DNA of 64,000 bases. Origin: Blasia pusilla (Eukaryota). Shown here piece by piece: positions 1-13,116 of the stretch. Where the stretch lies: contig CM114271.1 of assembly GCA_050084515.1 (NCBI GenBank), forward strand, positions 5,022,001 to 5,086,000. The letters run 5' to 3'. Under the pieces are notes generated by a model. The model ran no database searches. It worked only from the letters and a program-made list of their open reading frames with translations, and was not told where the DNA came from. Both the position numbers and the translations under genes were made by a program. Position 1 is the first letter of the stretch, and each line of letters begins with the position of its first letter.

Positions 1-1085
1 TGATGGCCAAAACTTGATAGCCTCAAGCGTATCGATCATGATTGGATCTCAACCCTTCAAGTATCAACATGTGTCTTAAGAATTCCACTTGAGGACCCCT
101 TGGACTATAAACTCACACTTGGAAGGCTTGGCAAACAACTTAACTTCCTCAACACCTCAAGATTCCTTTGAAAACACATTGCCTTCCACCTTGAGCTATA
201 AGTACATGCCCCATCTCTTGCAATCCATGTCCGTATATATGTCGGTACTTGTCCGTCCTAGGGATGGACTTGTTCATTTTTTTGAAACCATGTAGGGATA
301 TCATCAAAGAAAACCACGACTCTTGTATCTAAAATATCTTGAAAGATAGTATTCATGAGAGTAATAATATAATTGGTTTGCATATGTTGGTCAATCTGAA
401 TGGAATCACCAAGGAGTAGGTAGTAGGAACTCATAAGAACCGTACCTTATCCTGATCAAGGTCTTGTGTTTGTCTCCTTCTTATTCAAATTTGGTATTAC
501 CCTTGCCTTAGGTTCTAGCATTCCACATAATACATCATCTTCCAACCATAATGGATCTTTGTTATTCATGGTCTTCTTGTGATGTATGATGGTTTTCTTC
601 TAGATTGTGTGATATAATACACTAGAACATATATAATATCCTAGAATACACACACAATCATATTGACCCATCTTTCTTAGAGATGAAAAGGAAAAGAGCT
701 CAAAATACCAACTCACTTGGGCCAATGAACCCACTTTCATCCAATACCTTGAGTTCCCTTTCTTGAAGAGTCATATTCCAAGGGTTCCTAGCCTCATGAT
801 TGGAGCCGTCCCAAGTTCAAGTTCTATTTTGTGATCAACTTCTCACCTAGGTACTAATCCTTTCAAAAGTTCCATGACTAAGACATCCCCAAAACTTTTC
901 AATATTTTACTCATTGATATTCATATCCTAGACTTAGGCTTTTTTTTCTAGTTCTTTAAGTGATTCTTATTTTACCTTGGATTCCAGTATTTTAAACAAT
1001 ACACCTGAACATTGAAAACATCACTTGAGATCCCTCTCAAACTTCTTGGAGAAAATCAACTCTACAACAAGCTGTACATAATGAA
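1..1085 (-). mobile_element. Decayed Ty3/Gypsy pol fragment (RT region), interrupted by a MITE fragment
   Basis: Minus-strand translation gives EVDHKIELELGTAP (about 800-845) and VVFFDDI (about 298-318, RT YxDD-box equivalent), with many stops and frameshifts. Confidence 0.65.
179..292 (-). mobile_element. hAT-type MITE, partial copy
   Basis: Reverse-complement match to the left third of the 62071-62387 element, ending in the TIR remnant TGAAACCATG. Confidence 0.65.
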
Positions 1086-1205
1086 TCCTTAAAATTTGAG
1101 GGTGCAAATTTGTGTGTTAGATTTCAATAACCCTCATTGCATAACTATTGCTAAGAAGAACTTATAATATTCTTTTGGAAAATCGAATCACTTCAACATG
1201 CCTAT

Positions 1206-1425
1206 TGTAGTTACACAAAATGGACAAGTCCATCCCTAGGATGGATATGGATGGACAAGTTAGAAAAAAATTCCATGGACATGAATTGCAAGAGGTGGGA
1301 GTCACGCTTATAGCTTATGATGGAAGGCAAGGCAAGGGCGAGTTGGGCAATGAGGGGGGAAGGAATGGAGGTGGAGGGAGGAAGAAACGAGAGAGTATGG
1401 AATACGAAGGAAAGTGGGGGGAATG
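1206..1425 (+). mobile_element. hAT-type MITE, 3'-truncated copy
   Basis: Starts TGTAGTTACACAAAATGGACAAG and aligns by eye with 62071-62290 and 14606-14800. Confidence 0.7.
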
Positions 1426-4400
1426 AATTTTTGCCTACTTACAAGCATAAACAAGCATAAAGTCACAAAATCATATCTATGCCGCCTAATGTACATACTA
1501 GATAATTTCCCTAGCACCAAACTTCATGTCAAATCTTGAAATATCCATCTTGATGTTGAGCACTTGGTTCGAGGTCATTTTGACTTATTTATGAGTGTCT
1601 ATTTATATATGTCACAACTTAGGGTTACTCCATGTCAACTATCGAGTCTCGACATTCTTCACCTAAAATTGCATATCATTTTTTTTCCAAACCAACACCA
1701 ACAAAAATTTCCTTGGTAGTAGTAATTGCAATAGAAAACCCCTATTTTGCAAATGGAGCACTTAAGAAATGATGAGTGGAATTAATGGATTGGTGGTAGG
1801 AGGACACACCAATTTCCTCTTTTTAATTGCAATAGTAGAAATCAAGGTTTGATAGTTCTCCTTCGGTCATCTTATTTTTTATTGGAAAATGAAATTTAAA
1901 CATCTTGCAAAGTTATTATTTTTTTCAAGATTTCCTTTGAATTTCCAGATTCCTTTTCATAAGAGGTGAGGAAACGTACTAAAAATGGAATGGAAGAACT
2001 CGTTTAAAATCAAACAATCAAAACACGAGTGATGCTTATAGTTAAGGAGTCTCTATGGGGTCCATGACAATATCTTAAAAATACGAGCGGTTAGATTAAA
2101 TTTATCTCTTGTCAATTTTTAAACTCTTTGACTTTTTAAAGTCTTTCTTGGGGCCATACAAATTCTCCTTTGGAAAGGAAACGTTATCCCGTCGAAAAGT
2201 TGAAAAGGAGTGAAAACAATAAAAACGATTAAAAAAAATACAAGTACAGGCCCACCATGGTTGAAAAGGGCAGGGAAAATATCACAATAATAAACCAAAG
2301 AGACCCAAACAACCGAAAATAAATCCAAGACACGACAAAGGGCAGGGGTTTTTTGTTAGTTGGGAAAAAGAAGCCTCCTTATGAATGTAGTTATGGTTTG
2401 CATGGCCACACTGTCCCTGGAGGTTTCGTTTGTTGAGTGCCAAAAGTGATGGAATATACGACCTACTTGAAGCCAATGCAATCAAATCATGGCGAGCCGG
2501 CCGTCCTCACCTGTCTTACAATCCGATAATCGTGCAGCATCCGACCACTCCTTCAGTCCTTCGGACTCCTTCCTGCATTCACAACTGAAGCGCGCACCGA
2601 TGCGGTCCCTCTGACGGACCCCGTCGACTTACGTTACGGCATTTCCAAACGAGCAACGATCGTGATTCAGGGAATATGTCACGTTTCGGAACGTTTGAAC
2701 CATCGCTGATCACAATCTGATAGTATTTCTCGCTTGTGAACCATCGCACCTTTGAAAACCCGACTTGTGAGCCTACCGCTTGGTCGAATGGATATATTCT
2801 GCAACGGAGGAGGTCTTGCTTCGCTACTTTCGGTGGGCTAACATTGCAGGCAGCTCCTCTAGAATTGTCGCATGGCAGCCGGGTTAACCGTATGTCACAC
2901 AGGGAAAATCACACCGCAGCTGTTGGGTCGAGGGGATATGTCCCGCTATGGGAAAAGGCATACTTCGACTTTGTCGTGCGGCAAAAAATGCACGCATTTG
3001 CTCTAGAATTGTCGCATGGCAACTCTTTTTTTTTACCGTATCCTGTTTTCCACGCAATCAACGGTGTGAAGCGCTGTTCTCGCCCTCGCGCCGAACTTCT
3101 TTTTCCACTTTAAACCATCACTAAAGATTTTCCGAGCTTGTCGGTTTTTCTTCGATGGTCTGATCGGCAACATCCAAATACTTACCGGTTTTTCCCGGGT
3201 CGGATCCGTCCCGCAGGTTTGCTGGACAGATCGGCGATTCCTAAACTTTACCGGCTTCCGGGTACAAGTAGGTTTACTACTAGGGTGGTCACTCTCGACG
3301 CTCACACTGACCGGTTTCTTACGGTTTTCGCGACACGGTCCCGGACTCGCGGAATCTAACGGTTCGGGATTCAGACAACGCAAGGCGGGAGTCGCTCCTT
3401 GTATTAGTAGTAACGGAGGAAGGCCTTGAACGAGACTCCATCGCGTGCAAAATTCTTCGTCTGCATCCGGTGATCTCCCGGACCGGAACTGAAGTCGTTG
3501 GGACCCAATCCACATGGGACCCGGTCGTTAGCTTCATGTTGCGGCGAGAAACCACGTCGCATGGACGTACATGACGAGCAGGTATGCATACTGCAGGTGT
3601 GTGGAAATGCTTATATTTAATGAAGCCAACGACACTATCGTGAGCTCGCTGTTCAGTGTACTTCGTAACAACGTTGCAGGCCATTGCGGAGATCTTTCCA
3701 GTTCTGGCGTGGCTGCCGCGCAACGGCGTATGCTCTCATTCGAACGAGTTCAACGTCACTTCACCTACGTAGGATTATATTCTGGTGTGCACACACCCTG
3801 AGAGCTGTCTGCCATATCTGGGACTGTCGCTCATCCGAAATGGGATTCGGTTCCCGCGTTCACACTGTCTCATGGATTTCGTTGTTGTGAGAGCTGCTAC
3901 CACGTCTAGAAACGATGCTCGCGGCTCAGGATGATTCACAGTTAAGACCCTCGACGCATTCACGACATGCATTCATTGACGGAAGTTCACGTGGGCACCA
4001 AAGCCTATGGTACGTGGTGGACGGTGACTCCGATAATAAACAACTGAGGAGATTCATGAAGAGAAGACTATCCACGGAGCTCGTATCAACGACGCACTGA
4101 AAGGAACAATGTGGGATAGTGCGACAGCCCGAGATATTGAAGCTGCAACTCAAGTAATCTATAACTTTGAATCCATAATTTTATATCATCAAGTTCTACA
4201 AAGGTAGAGACTGGCTTCTCCACGTCGCATGAGTCTCGTGAGACATTGAAACCCATGTAAAGCATCAAAAGCCAGCGACCGCTACCCCCGCATCGTCTCC
4301 TGAAAATACACCTGACGCTGGCAACCTCATCATTTCGTCTACCATGCTCTGCACGACGAGCTACGGTCTGCATAGCCCGCCGATCTACGACAGCGTAACT

Positions 4401-4509
4401 CGGCCTCATGTGACGATTTTCGAAGCGAGATCACTGGAGTCCCGAGTAGTTACATACTTAGAGTCGTCCATGTCTCTGGGAGTCACGCAGCCTATGAAAT
4501 AACTGACGC

Positions 4510-5271
4510 TTACTTGACTGTGACGGCAACCTTCATGCCCTCGTTGCAGTGGTTGTCCCTACCGCAAATGAAGTAGTATGTTCCAGGATTGGACAGTTGG
4601 ATCTGGTCATATCCTGAGGCGTACGTAGCCATGGGCCTGCTGTCCTTGCAACTGTAGTAATCGGACTCGCTGACCATGAGCACATTGTGAGAGCTGGGGT
4701 CGTACTTGAAAACTGCATTGCATATTCCACATTCACAGGTGTTAGGGACCTCGAGAGGATAACGAAAGCTTCACAGCCACTCACTGCTCCGGTTTTGAGG
4801 TCGCTACAAGCTATCAACAATCCCTGGTACTTCTAAACTTATAACTAGGAGGTGTGTGCGACACAATGCATATTCCGAGTGTAGAAGTCGAATTACAACA
4901 CCCTTCTTTCCAATGAATCCGAGTCACAGAATCCAAGAATGTTCACGGCGGCAAGCCAAATTCTAGCGAAGATTCGAATCGCACGTCTAATCCTTGTCGC
5001 GGCCGAGCACAGCACGTTCTACGGCGCCGACGAAGTACAGCGTTGTAACACGTACCGAAAACATCGGAAAAGATAACTTACGCAGTGAATCCGCCGCTTG
5101 GACCTTGTTGCTACTCGACCAGCCCGACAAGTCTACTCCGAGAGTCCACCCGTTATTTCCTCCCACCGGAACAGTCGTGGCGATGGCGCACTCCGCCAAC
5201 ACCATCACGCACAGCAAGGCCAGAACCGCTCGTACTGCACTGCAGCTTCCCTGGTCCTCAAATCGACCCAT
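4510..5271 (-). CDS. Plantacyanin / basic blue copper protein (phytocyanin family), 130 aa, two exons: join(5082..5271, 4510..4712)
   Basis: Exon 1 encodes a hydrophobic signal peptide plus VGGNNGWT...ADSL and ends at a GTAAGT donor (5081). Exon 2 follows a TGCAG acceptor (4713) and reads LFKYDPSSHNVLMV..YYSC...GTYYFICGRDNHCNEGMKVAVTVK*. The type-1 Cu ligands His/Cys/His/Met and the disulfide Cys pair are intact. The phase-1 intron sits at the usual phytocyanin position. Total 393 nt, in frame. Confidence 0.95.
5235..5255 (-). promoter_or_regulatory. miR408-like target site in plantacyanin exon 1
   Basis: The plus strand reads CTGCACTGCAGCTTCCCTGGT versus miR408 (A/C)UGCACUGCCUCUUCCCUGGC. 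It lies just after the start codon, where plantacyanin miR408 sites normally occur. Confidence 0.8.
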
Positions 5272-8200
5272 TTCGACCAAATGAGAGAGAGATCGAAGTA
5301 CCGAGTCCTACGCTTCCCAAATTCCTCGTACGCGGGCAAGGGCAACGACCAGCTCTAGAATACAACCGAAACGAAAATTCGATGGACCACACCGGGTTTG
5401 AGTTGCACGTAAAATTAGAGAGAGCGCAAGACAGCAAACTGTGAGTCCCGCTGTGTTCGGGCAGGAAATAAGTAGTGAAAACACAAGGCAAAGACGGCGC
5501 GCAGATAGGACCCCACACGCGCGACAGAGATCGAGGTATTGACTTGTTCAACCCGTACTTGCACTTCCTACCGAAGTTCCTACGCCCTTCCCAGCCACCA
5601 GGATTCAATACCATACTTATTACCATCTACCCACTCAACTACGCAACCCGTTCCTGTGGGGACCAACGCTCGGGAAACTTTCAGCCGTAGATCGGTACAA
5701 AATACGGGTATCAAACCTGGGGTTCGGATGTCCCGATCTGGAAATTCTCCCTATGTGGATGGAGATGGCGGCACCCACGGCACCCATTTTCAACTCCCCG
5801 TTAAATCATATCATAGTAAATCGTTTGGCCTCACGGAGGAGGGGGTAGTTAACATGAAAAGGATAGTGGTCTCATAAATTATAAAAAGTACAAATCTCAT
5901 GATTTTTAAGTGTAAGTGGCATATTAGGAGATGGAGTAATTATTAGAATGGCTAGTGAGGTAGGGGAGGACTGGAGTAGCAAAGGAGAAAATATTATTGT
6001 AGGGGATTTAATAGGATATTTTGAATGAAGTTTAGGATAAAATAAATAAAATTTTGTACTCATGCCAGTTTTGAGTTTGCTGATTTTCATCCATTCCATT
6101 GGATATGTGTTCACTAAAAAAATATTTTATACGGGTGATTCATTTTAGTGTAGGAAAAAGAAATACCTCATGTTCATTAGAATATGGGCACCTCACCCCA
6201 TTTGAGGATGATAGTTGGTGGTAATAAAAAAAATCAAATGAATGAACTACTAGTATGAATGCAAAGGAGTCAAATGAATTTAGAATCCATGCCACGTCCT
6301 CCAAGTGATTCAATTTGAAAATGGATGCATATGAATTAAATATGCATTCTCATATAACTAGGTGAAAGGGAGAGCAAGGGAAAATTAATCATCCAATGTT
6401 ACATAGTGATTCAAGTGCTTTGGCAGAAAATATGGGAGCTCATGCATAGTACTAGTGATGGATATGGAATTCTGGATCCCATTACCATCACAATACACTT
6501 GAAATTCATATACATATTTTTTGGTTGTGGAGCGAAAGAAAAAAAACCTTGATATGGTGCTTGATGGACTTTGCATTGTATTTGACTACTAAGAAATGCC
6601 TAACATATGTGGATTTTTTATCTGATCCAATGGCATTTGATCCCATACTACAATGATACTACAAACAACAACTTAAAGTGTTATGGTATGAGCTTTGAGA
6701 AGATCCCTCACTTAGCATTATTTTCTAATAAGGGAATAGTTTTTGTAGTGCACACCTTTTCATTTTCATCTCTACTTATTATACTTGCTATATATATGTG
6801 TTTGGGAAGAGTTGGTGTATGGTTTGCCAATGTGTCCTTTAATATGAATATTTGGTGATCCCCATGTAAAATTCAATTTCAAGAGTCAAGACAACCTATG
6901 AACTCATCTTCAGATTCCAATGTTGTCACTTAGATCCAACATTATTTATAGCATTCTTGTTTTTTACGTTTTTGATGAATCTTATGTGTTTCTACTCTAA
7001 AATACTAGAAAATGTAAAATATAGTGAACACTCTCTCTTGCAAAACCTAATTGGGATGGGACAATAATCATGAAATTTTAAGCAGCTTGAATTATGATAA
7101 ATTTTGAAGTTGGTCCTTCTCACCACTTATCTTCATATTTCCATTTAAATGACCCATCAATCCATTATTTAGGAAATATGCACAATTTCTAGTTTTGGAT
7201 ATTCTTCTTGGACCATTTCTTCTAACCATTATGAACTTGCCTTACTTTCTCCATGTAAGTCATTTGTATTCCACTCCAACTTATAAGCCCTAAGAGAATT
7301 CTCTAACAAATTTGTGGATCCTATGGATTATTGGAAGGCTTCATTTGAGAAGGTTGGAGTGGATGGTAATTATTTTATCCTACTACCACGTTATTTTCCT
7401 CACCATTACAATCACACAATGAAGCAAAATTCTAGATTTCCTTTTTTGTGTGATCAAGACAAGTAAAATCTAACTATATCCACATTGGTGAGGAAATTAC
7501 AATTTTTGTCCATTTATAGATACTATATCCAATCAACATATGTGAGTCCATCAAGCAAGTTATCTTCATATAAAAATTAAGGCAAGGACGTACATAACCT
7601 TCACAACTTGGTGAGGAAATCGGTCAAGGAGGATATGAGCAAATTTTGAGTCTTTGGACTATATTTTTCTTGAGACTCAACCACCCATGAGTTCCTAATG
7701 GCTAACCTAGCATATGCAAGCCTTGAAGAGTCACATACTTGAACTCAATTGAAGTTGGGAAAAGTAACTTCTAACCAGTTTAGTTTTATGATTACCCTTC
7801 CTTACCTTTGTACTTTTTCATATTTCTATTATTGATGAAATATCTATTACCTACTACTCTTCCCATCCTCCCCAATTTTCCATATTTGAGAAAACACTTT
7901 AGATTGCACCTCTCCCCAATCCAATAGCAATTGGTTCAGAAAAATGCATGAAACTTTCATGGGTGTATGTGGTTATGGTTGAGACATGGGTCATGTAAAG
8001 GCTTGTGGTTGGTAGTTGAACGATTGAAACTTACCCTTTTAGCATACCTTTTCAACTAGATCATAGATATGCTTTTCTTTTGAGTTCTAGAAAACATAGG
8101 TCTCATACAAGAACTTGGGGTTCAAAGGAATTCACTCATACATTGGTTGAGCAACTTGAGTTTGCATTAAGTGAGTTAGAGAAAGTATTTTAACAGTGCA

Positions 8201-9003
8201 AGGATGTACAATTATCTTGTCCTTGTAACCCATAGTCCCTAAAACATGTTCCATATTAAGAGTGCACAAATATATTTCCAAGGTGGGCAAGATGGGGAAG
8301 ATAAATTATTTCATTGAAACATTGTTGACAAATCAAGATTGATAAGATCTTCATCATTACCATCCTCTCTAGCTTGCCCACGAGATCTAGGATCCATGTA
8401 TACATAAGAAGATTGGAATAGATCCAAGGTAGGTAGTAGCCCCCAATGCCATGAATTGAGCATGCTCTGCAAGGTCTATTTACATGAAAAGACTTTCTAA
8501 TGATCACGTGGTGTTGATTGATTAAAATAAAATAAATCATATGTAGGAAAATATATTATTAGCTACTAAAAAATCCATTGAAAAAGATGTTTTTCCATAT
8601 CATGCACCTCCACCTTTCATTTGGATAGAGATGACCTATCTCTAGTGAGAGGTGCTTGTTGCACTAGATTGGGAGGCATCTCATTGAACACAACTGAATC
8701 TGGTTTAGGAGATCCCCATGCTTTTTGGCCATCCTTGATCATCATTGGAGGAGCAAGAAAGCCGAGGGGGGTCAACATATTAACAAACATTAATTTGGTG
8801 ACATGGAAACATCACGTGGCTTCTTCCCTAGCCATTCTTTATGTAGCTCAACTATTTAGAGAAAGGGAGAGGTGCTCTATATGTCCCTTTTTGCAATACA
8901 CATCCAACGACACAAGATCAAAAAATGCTAGGGCCAAGCAAATCACACTTCACTCTTACCAAATCCTAATTATAATACAAATTTTAGAGCATATTTATAA
9001 AAA

Positions 9004-9041
<38 letters not shown>

Positions 9042-12000
9042 CTCCATTGAGATACATGAGTTTATATAAGAGATTCCTTCCTCATTCTTTTTTCACAACA
9101 TCAAATGGGGGATCCTATCACTTATGTCAGTTATAAAACTATGAATATATGAAGATATTAAATTTCAGGAGGAGATGGTTGCACACTTTTTCCCAAACTC
9201 CCAATGTTTGTATGGTGTCTTTTGATCTTGTGATCAATATTGGTAGATTGAAAGTACACAATAGTAAATACTTATGCAAGATCTCAAAACTCTTAGATTG
9301 GAAGTGGCTTTACTTGGACACTTGCAAAGGAACAATTCCTAAGAATGAAAGACATTTCCAACTCCAATACTCCATGCTCATTGTCCCATGCCTTGATATC
9401 TATGGTATCACACCAATGTATTCCATTTCCAATCCAAGATGTTGCAACATCCTTTGGTTTGTGTGGGTTTTTTTCCTTCATCCATGGGAAGGAAGAACTA
9501 AGGGGGTCCCCTCTTTGTACCTCTAGTAAGTTACCATCTCCATTTATGAAGGTCTTGTTTGATGTCTCATGAACTCTTGCAGTCACCTATCTATCCCCAT
9601 TTCCTTCACTTCCTCCCCTACATGGACCTTTTTGGTTTCGATGTTTATCTAATTTCATAACCATGTCTCCCATTTGGAATCCCAATTAATCTATATTATA
9701 ATGGGCTACCGGTCGCTACCCTATATGTACAATAAAAGAAAATAGCAAAGTTGTCCCTTGATTCACTTTTGATCCGAAGGGAAGATGAATATGGACAAAA
9801 GAGGAAATTTATTTTATTATTAATTAGTTAATATTAAAAACCCAATTGATTGATTTATTAGAATGGATGACCCTATGTGTACAATAAGACAAAATAATGG
9901 GATAATAGGACGAAATAGCAACAAGTTTGCAATTTAATCCCTTAATTCATATTTGATGGAAATGTGGAATTATTTAGGGGAGTGGAATATTATTTAAATT
10001 TCAATTGAGGATTGAAATTACTTAGAAGAGTATAATATTATTACCCTTTTAAGATTTAATAAAATAAAATATTAAATTAAATTATTATTATTGAAACTTT
10101 ATTTAAATAATAATAATTTCTATTCACATTTGATATTTTTGGAAAATAAAATGAATTTGAATGAGTAAGGGAAATTATTTGAATAATTAACTTAACTAAT
10201 GATTTGAATAGGGAATGTTACTTTTGTGAGAAAGGAAAGAGTACCTTTTCTTTAAACTTTCATATACTGAAATGATTCAGGATAGTGGGTATTGTTTCAA
10301 TTTTAATCCAAGAATGAAACTATTTCAAGAAATAAACCGTTCTTATTATTTAAGTATAAAAAAGTATTAATTTTCAAAATAGAATTATTATAAAAATCAT
10401 TTTCGTAGGCAATCACGAGCACGCTGGATAATATGGATAACGAGCACCAAGTTTATTGCAATCCACCTTTAGCCATTCGTTGCCTAGTTACAAAATATGC
10501 ATAACAAGCACCGAGTTTACTACAATGCCACCCGTTACTTCGTTACAAGGATAACGGCAATTTAATTTGGCGTTGCCGGCTCTTCGGTCCGGGGCGAGGT
10601 AAGATCACAAATCATCGTTCATGGTATAAACCTGCCGGTAAATTTTGAGGGTGGTTTATCCAAAAACATTAAAAAAAAACAGTACCTAAATAGACACAGG
10701 AAAGTACATGTTTGCCATAAAAACCCCAGGACCGGAGCGCCCTCATTGTTCCCTCCCGTCAGTTCCGTGCGTCCTTGAAATCTTGGGCTAGCCTCCTGGG
10801 CCAGGCACGTTCCACTCGCGGTGATTGGGCAAGTTCAAACTTCAAATCCCTGTCCTTGGACAAGTCCAAGTCCAGCCTCCAGCTCGTTACGGAAGTTCAA
10901 GTACACGTCTCCGGGGAAGTCCAAGCACCAGTCATCCTGTCTCGGAAGATTCCCGATTCCCGGTCAGTGGCGAAGCTCAAGTCCATGTGCGTATCGGGAA
11001 GTCCAAGCGGGGAGGGAAGGGAGCACACGTTCCACGCACAGCTGCAATGCAGCAGCAAATGTTCCGCCTTTCAAGACTTCAAGCGTTCGGCTGGGGCCGC
11101 TGGGCTGCTCGCATTGGTCGGCACTCGAAAGTCGTACGCCCGTCGGACATCAGTCAAACATTCATTCAAAGCCCCAAATCATCACGGAGGGCAATCCCAA
11201 TGCGACCGCCCCCCAGCAAGGACCGGACGGACGGGTCTTGCGATAATAATAAATAACACTTAACTCTTGACGAGAAAAATGCACGCCTAGACTTGCATGG
11301 CTACTGGGCCTATGATTTGAAGTTAGGGTAGGGTAGGAACCATAATTGGCCATGACTAGCACATGACTCATCAATGACGGTAGATGACATGCAGATTTTA
11401 GTCTCTCCGAACGAACCCATCGCTCCAATAAGTAAAAAAGAAAACCAAAAATTCGCGCCGGCACTTGCGGAATCCAAGACGGAAACAACTGAATCGACTG
11501 CAAAAGAAATACGATTTCGAGTTTGGAAGGAGGAATCTGGCGACGTGGAATTGATGTGGGAAAGGCATCTCGACATTCGAACTTTCCCATTAAACTACGG
11601 CTGAGAAGAACATGCGTTTTTCAAAACTCATAATTAGTGTGAACTATTTCAAAACGTGGGGCTAGTCTATAAGAGTTGTCTTATTCTACTTTCAATTTTC
11701 ACATCATACCTTTTGCATGCTGATGCGATGAGCACTTTACGCAATTTTCTATACCGATCGTATATTTCAATAGAAAGGGATGTTCTATGCATTTTTTAAT
11801 ATTATTTGGGGTGGGATCTCCTGATTTTTATTTTGTTTCCTTAGGTTACTTGTGTTAGCTTTCAAAAATAAGAAAAGAATTGTTCTTTATTATTTAAAGG
11901 AAAGGAAAGATATATTTCTTTTGCAAAAGAGAGATTTTCGACTTGAGGAGGGAAGGTTTTCAAGAGATATATTTTCAACAAGTGATGAATAAAAAATGAA

Positions 12001-12194
12001 AAGTTTGTCTTCCAATATATGAGGATAACTATGAAGTTCGAGTTTGGGAAAGATGGAGACTATTCATTTTTTAAAAACTTTAAGAGCTTTATTTTCATTA
12101 TATCATTGAACATGGTATAAATTTTGATTTTCAATAGGGAAGGGGAAAATAATATTTTAGGTTTCTTGTGGAGTACTCCCGATTTTAAATAAAA

Positions 12195-12271
12195 TAAATA
12201 AGTGAAGCCCCATAATAGAATGATGAGGCAATAGATACCTTGTCATTCTATTATGGGGCTTCACTTATTTA
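12195..12271. repeat. Perfect 29-bp inverted repeat (hairpin)
   Basis: TAAATAAGTGAAGCCCCATAATAGAATGA (12195-12223) and its exact reverse complement at 12243-12271, with a 19-nt spacer. Confidence 0.95.
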
Positions 12272-13062
12272 ATAATTTTTCCCCATATTTATGTTGCATG
12301 CATTAACCTCCATTCTTTCAATTACAAAATAAAGAAAAATTATTAAGTATTCCCTTTGTATACACCCATATGTAAGTAAGTGGCTCATTTCTTTCCTTCT
12401 TATAAAATAGAATCTCACATTTTTATAGAAACTACTAACTCAACAAGACCTAGGCTTATATAGATATGGACAAGGACTTAAGACGTGAACTTGCATAAAC
12501 AAGAATAGTAAGAATGAGCACAAAGAGAATAAGCAAGTCTCATCCATTCATCTAAATAAAAATGTAAGAATAAAGGAGTGCTTGCCCTATAATTCATACA
12601 ACAACTTATCACATTATCCTATACATAAACTTTTGGACATATTTTATGTTCTAACATGCAAATATATTGAAGTGCACAAGTTATCTTGGGTTAGGGAAAA
12701 TATGAAGATTTCCCTTTGAGTTCAACCTAATATATTGTACAAAAAAATGGAATATTGGGAAATAAAATTTATGTCTAAATAATTCTTCTTTGAAAATATC
12801 CAGAAATTTTTGGTTTCTATTCCCACATGTAAGCTCTATTTAATTTGGTAAGAAATCTTATCTAATGAAATGAGAATGCATCTTAATGAAAATCTGATGG
12901 ATAGTAGGGATTCATGTAAAAATAATATCAAATTTATTCTACAATGAGAAAAAGATATTGATATAAAAAATGTTAGATTAATCTTTTGCATGAGAACGGT
13001 TGTCGTGCACATATATATTGTATACATTGACCAAAATATCTCCAATGAATTCATATCTCTAA

Positions 13063-13116
<54 letters not shown>

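Noticed and set aside
4505-4515. GTAAGC overlapping the plantacyanin stop codon as a donor for a GPI/AGP tail exon
   Set aside because: The protein ends naturally like other plantacyanins, and I found no Pro/Ser-rich hydrophobic-tail exon downstream.
4987-5081. C-terminal part of ORF 4987..5280 (RKLSFPMF...)
   Set aside because: This is read-through into the intron. The GTAAGT donor at 5081 and exon 2 complete the phytocyanin domain.
6900-9680. Possible decayed LINE or Gypsy ORF on the minus strand
   Set aside because: It has TE-like texture, but I could not read a diagnostic motif.
9690-10490. Possible non-autonomous Helitron (A|TCTATATTAT start, CTAG|T end)
   Set aside because: The 3' hairpin is unconvincing and there is no second copy in the window.
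10775-11263. Three overlapping 140-160 aa ORFs
   Set aside because: All three plus frames are open because of GC richness and the repeated motif, and none has protein-like features.
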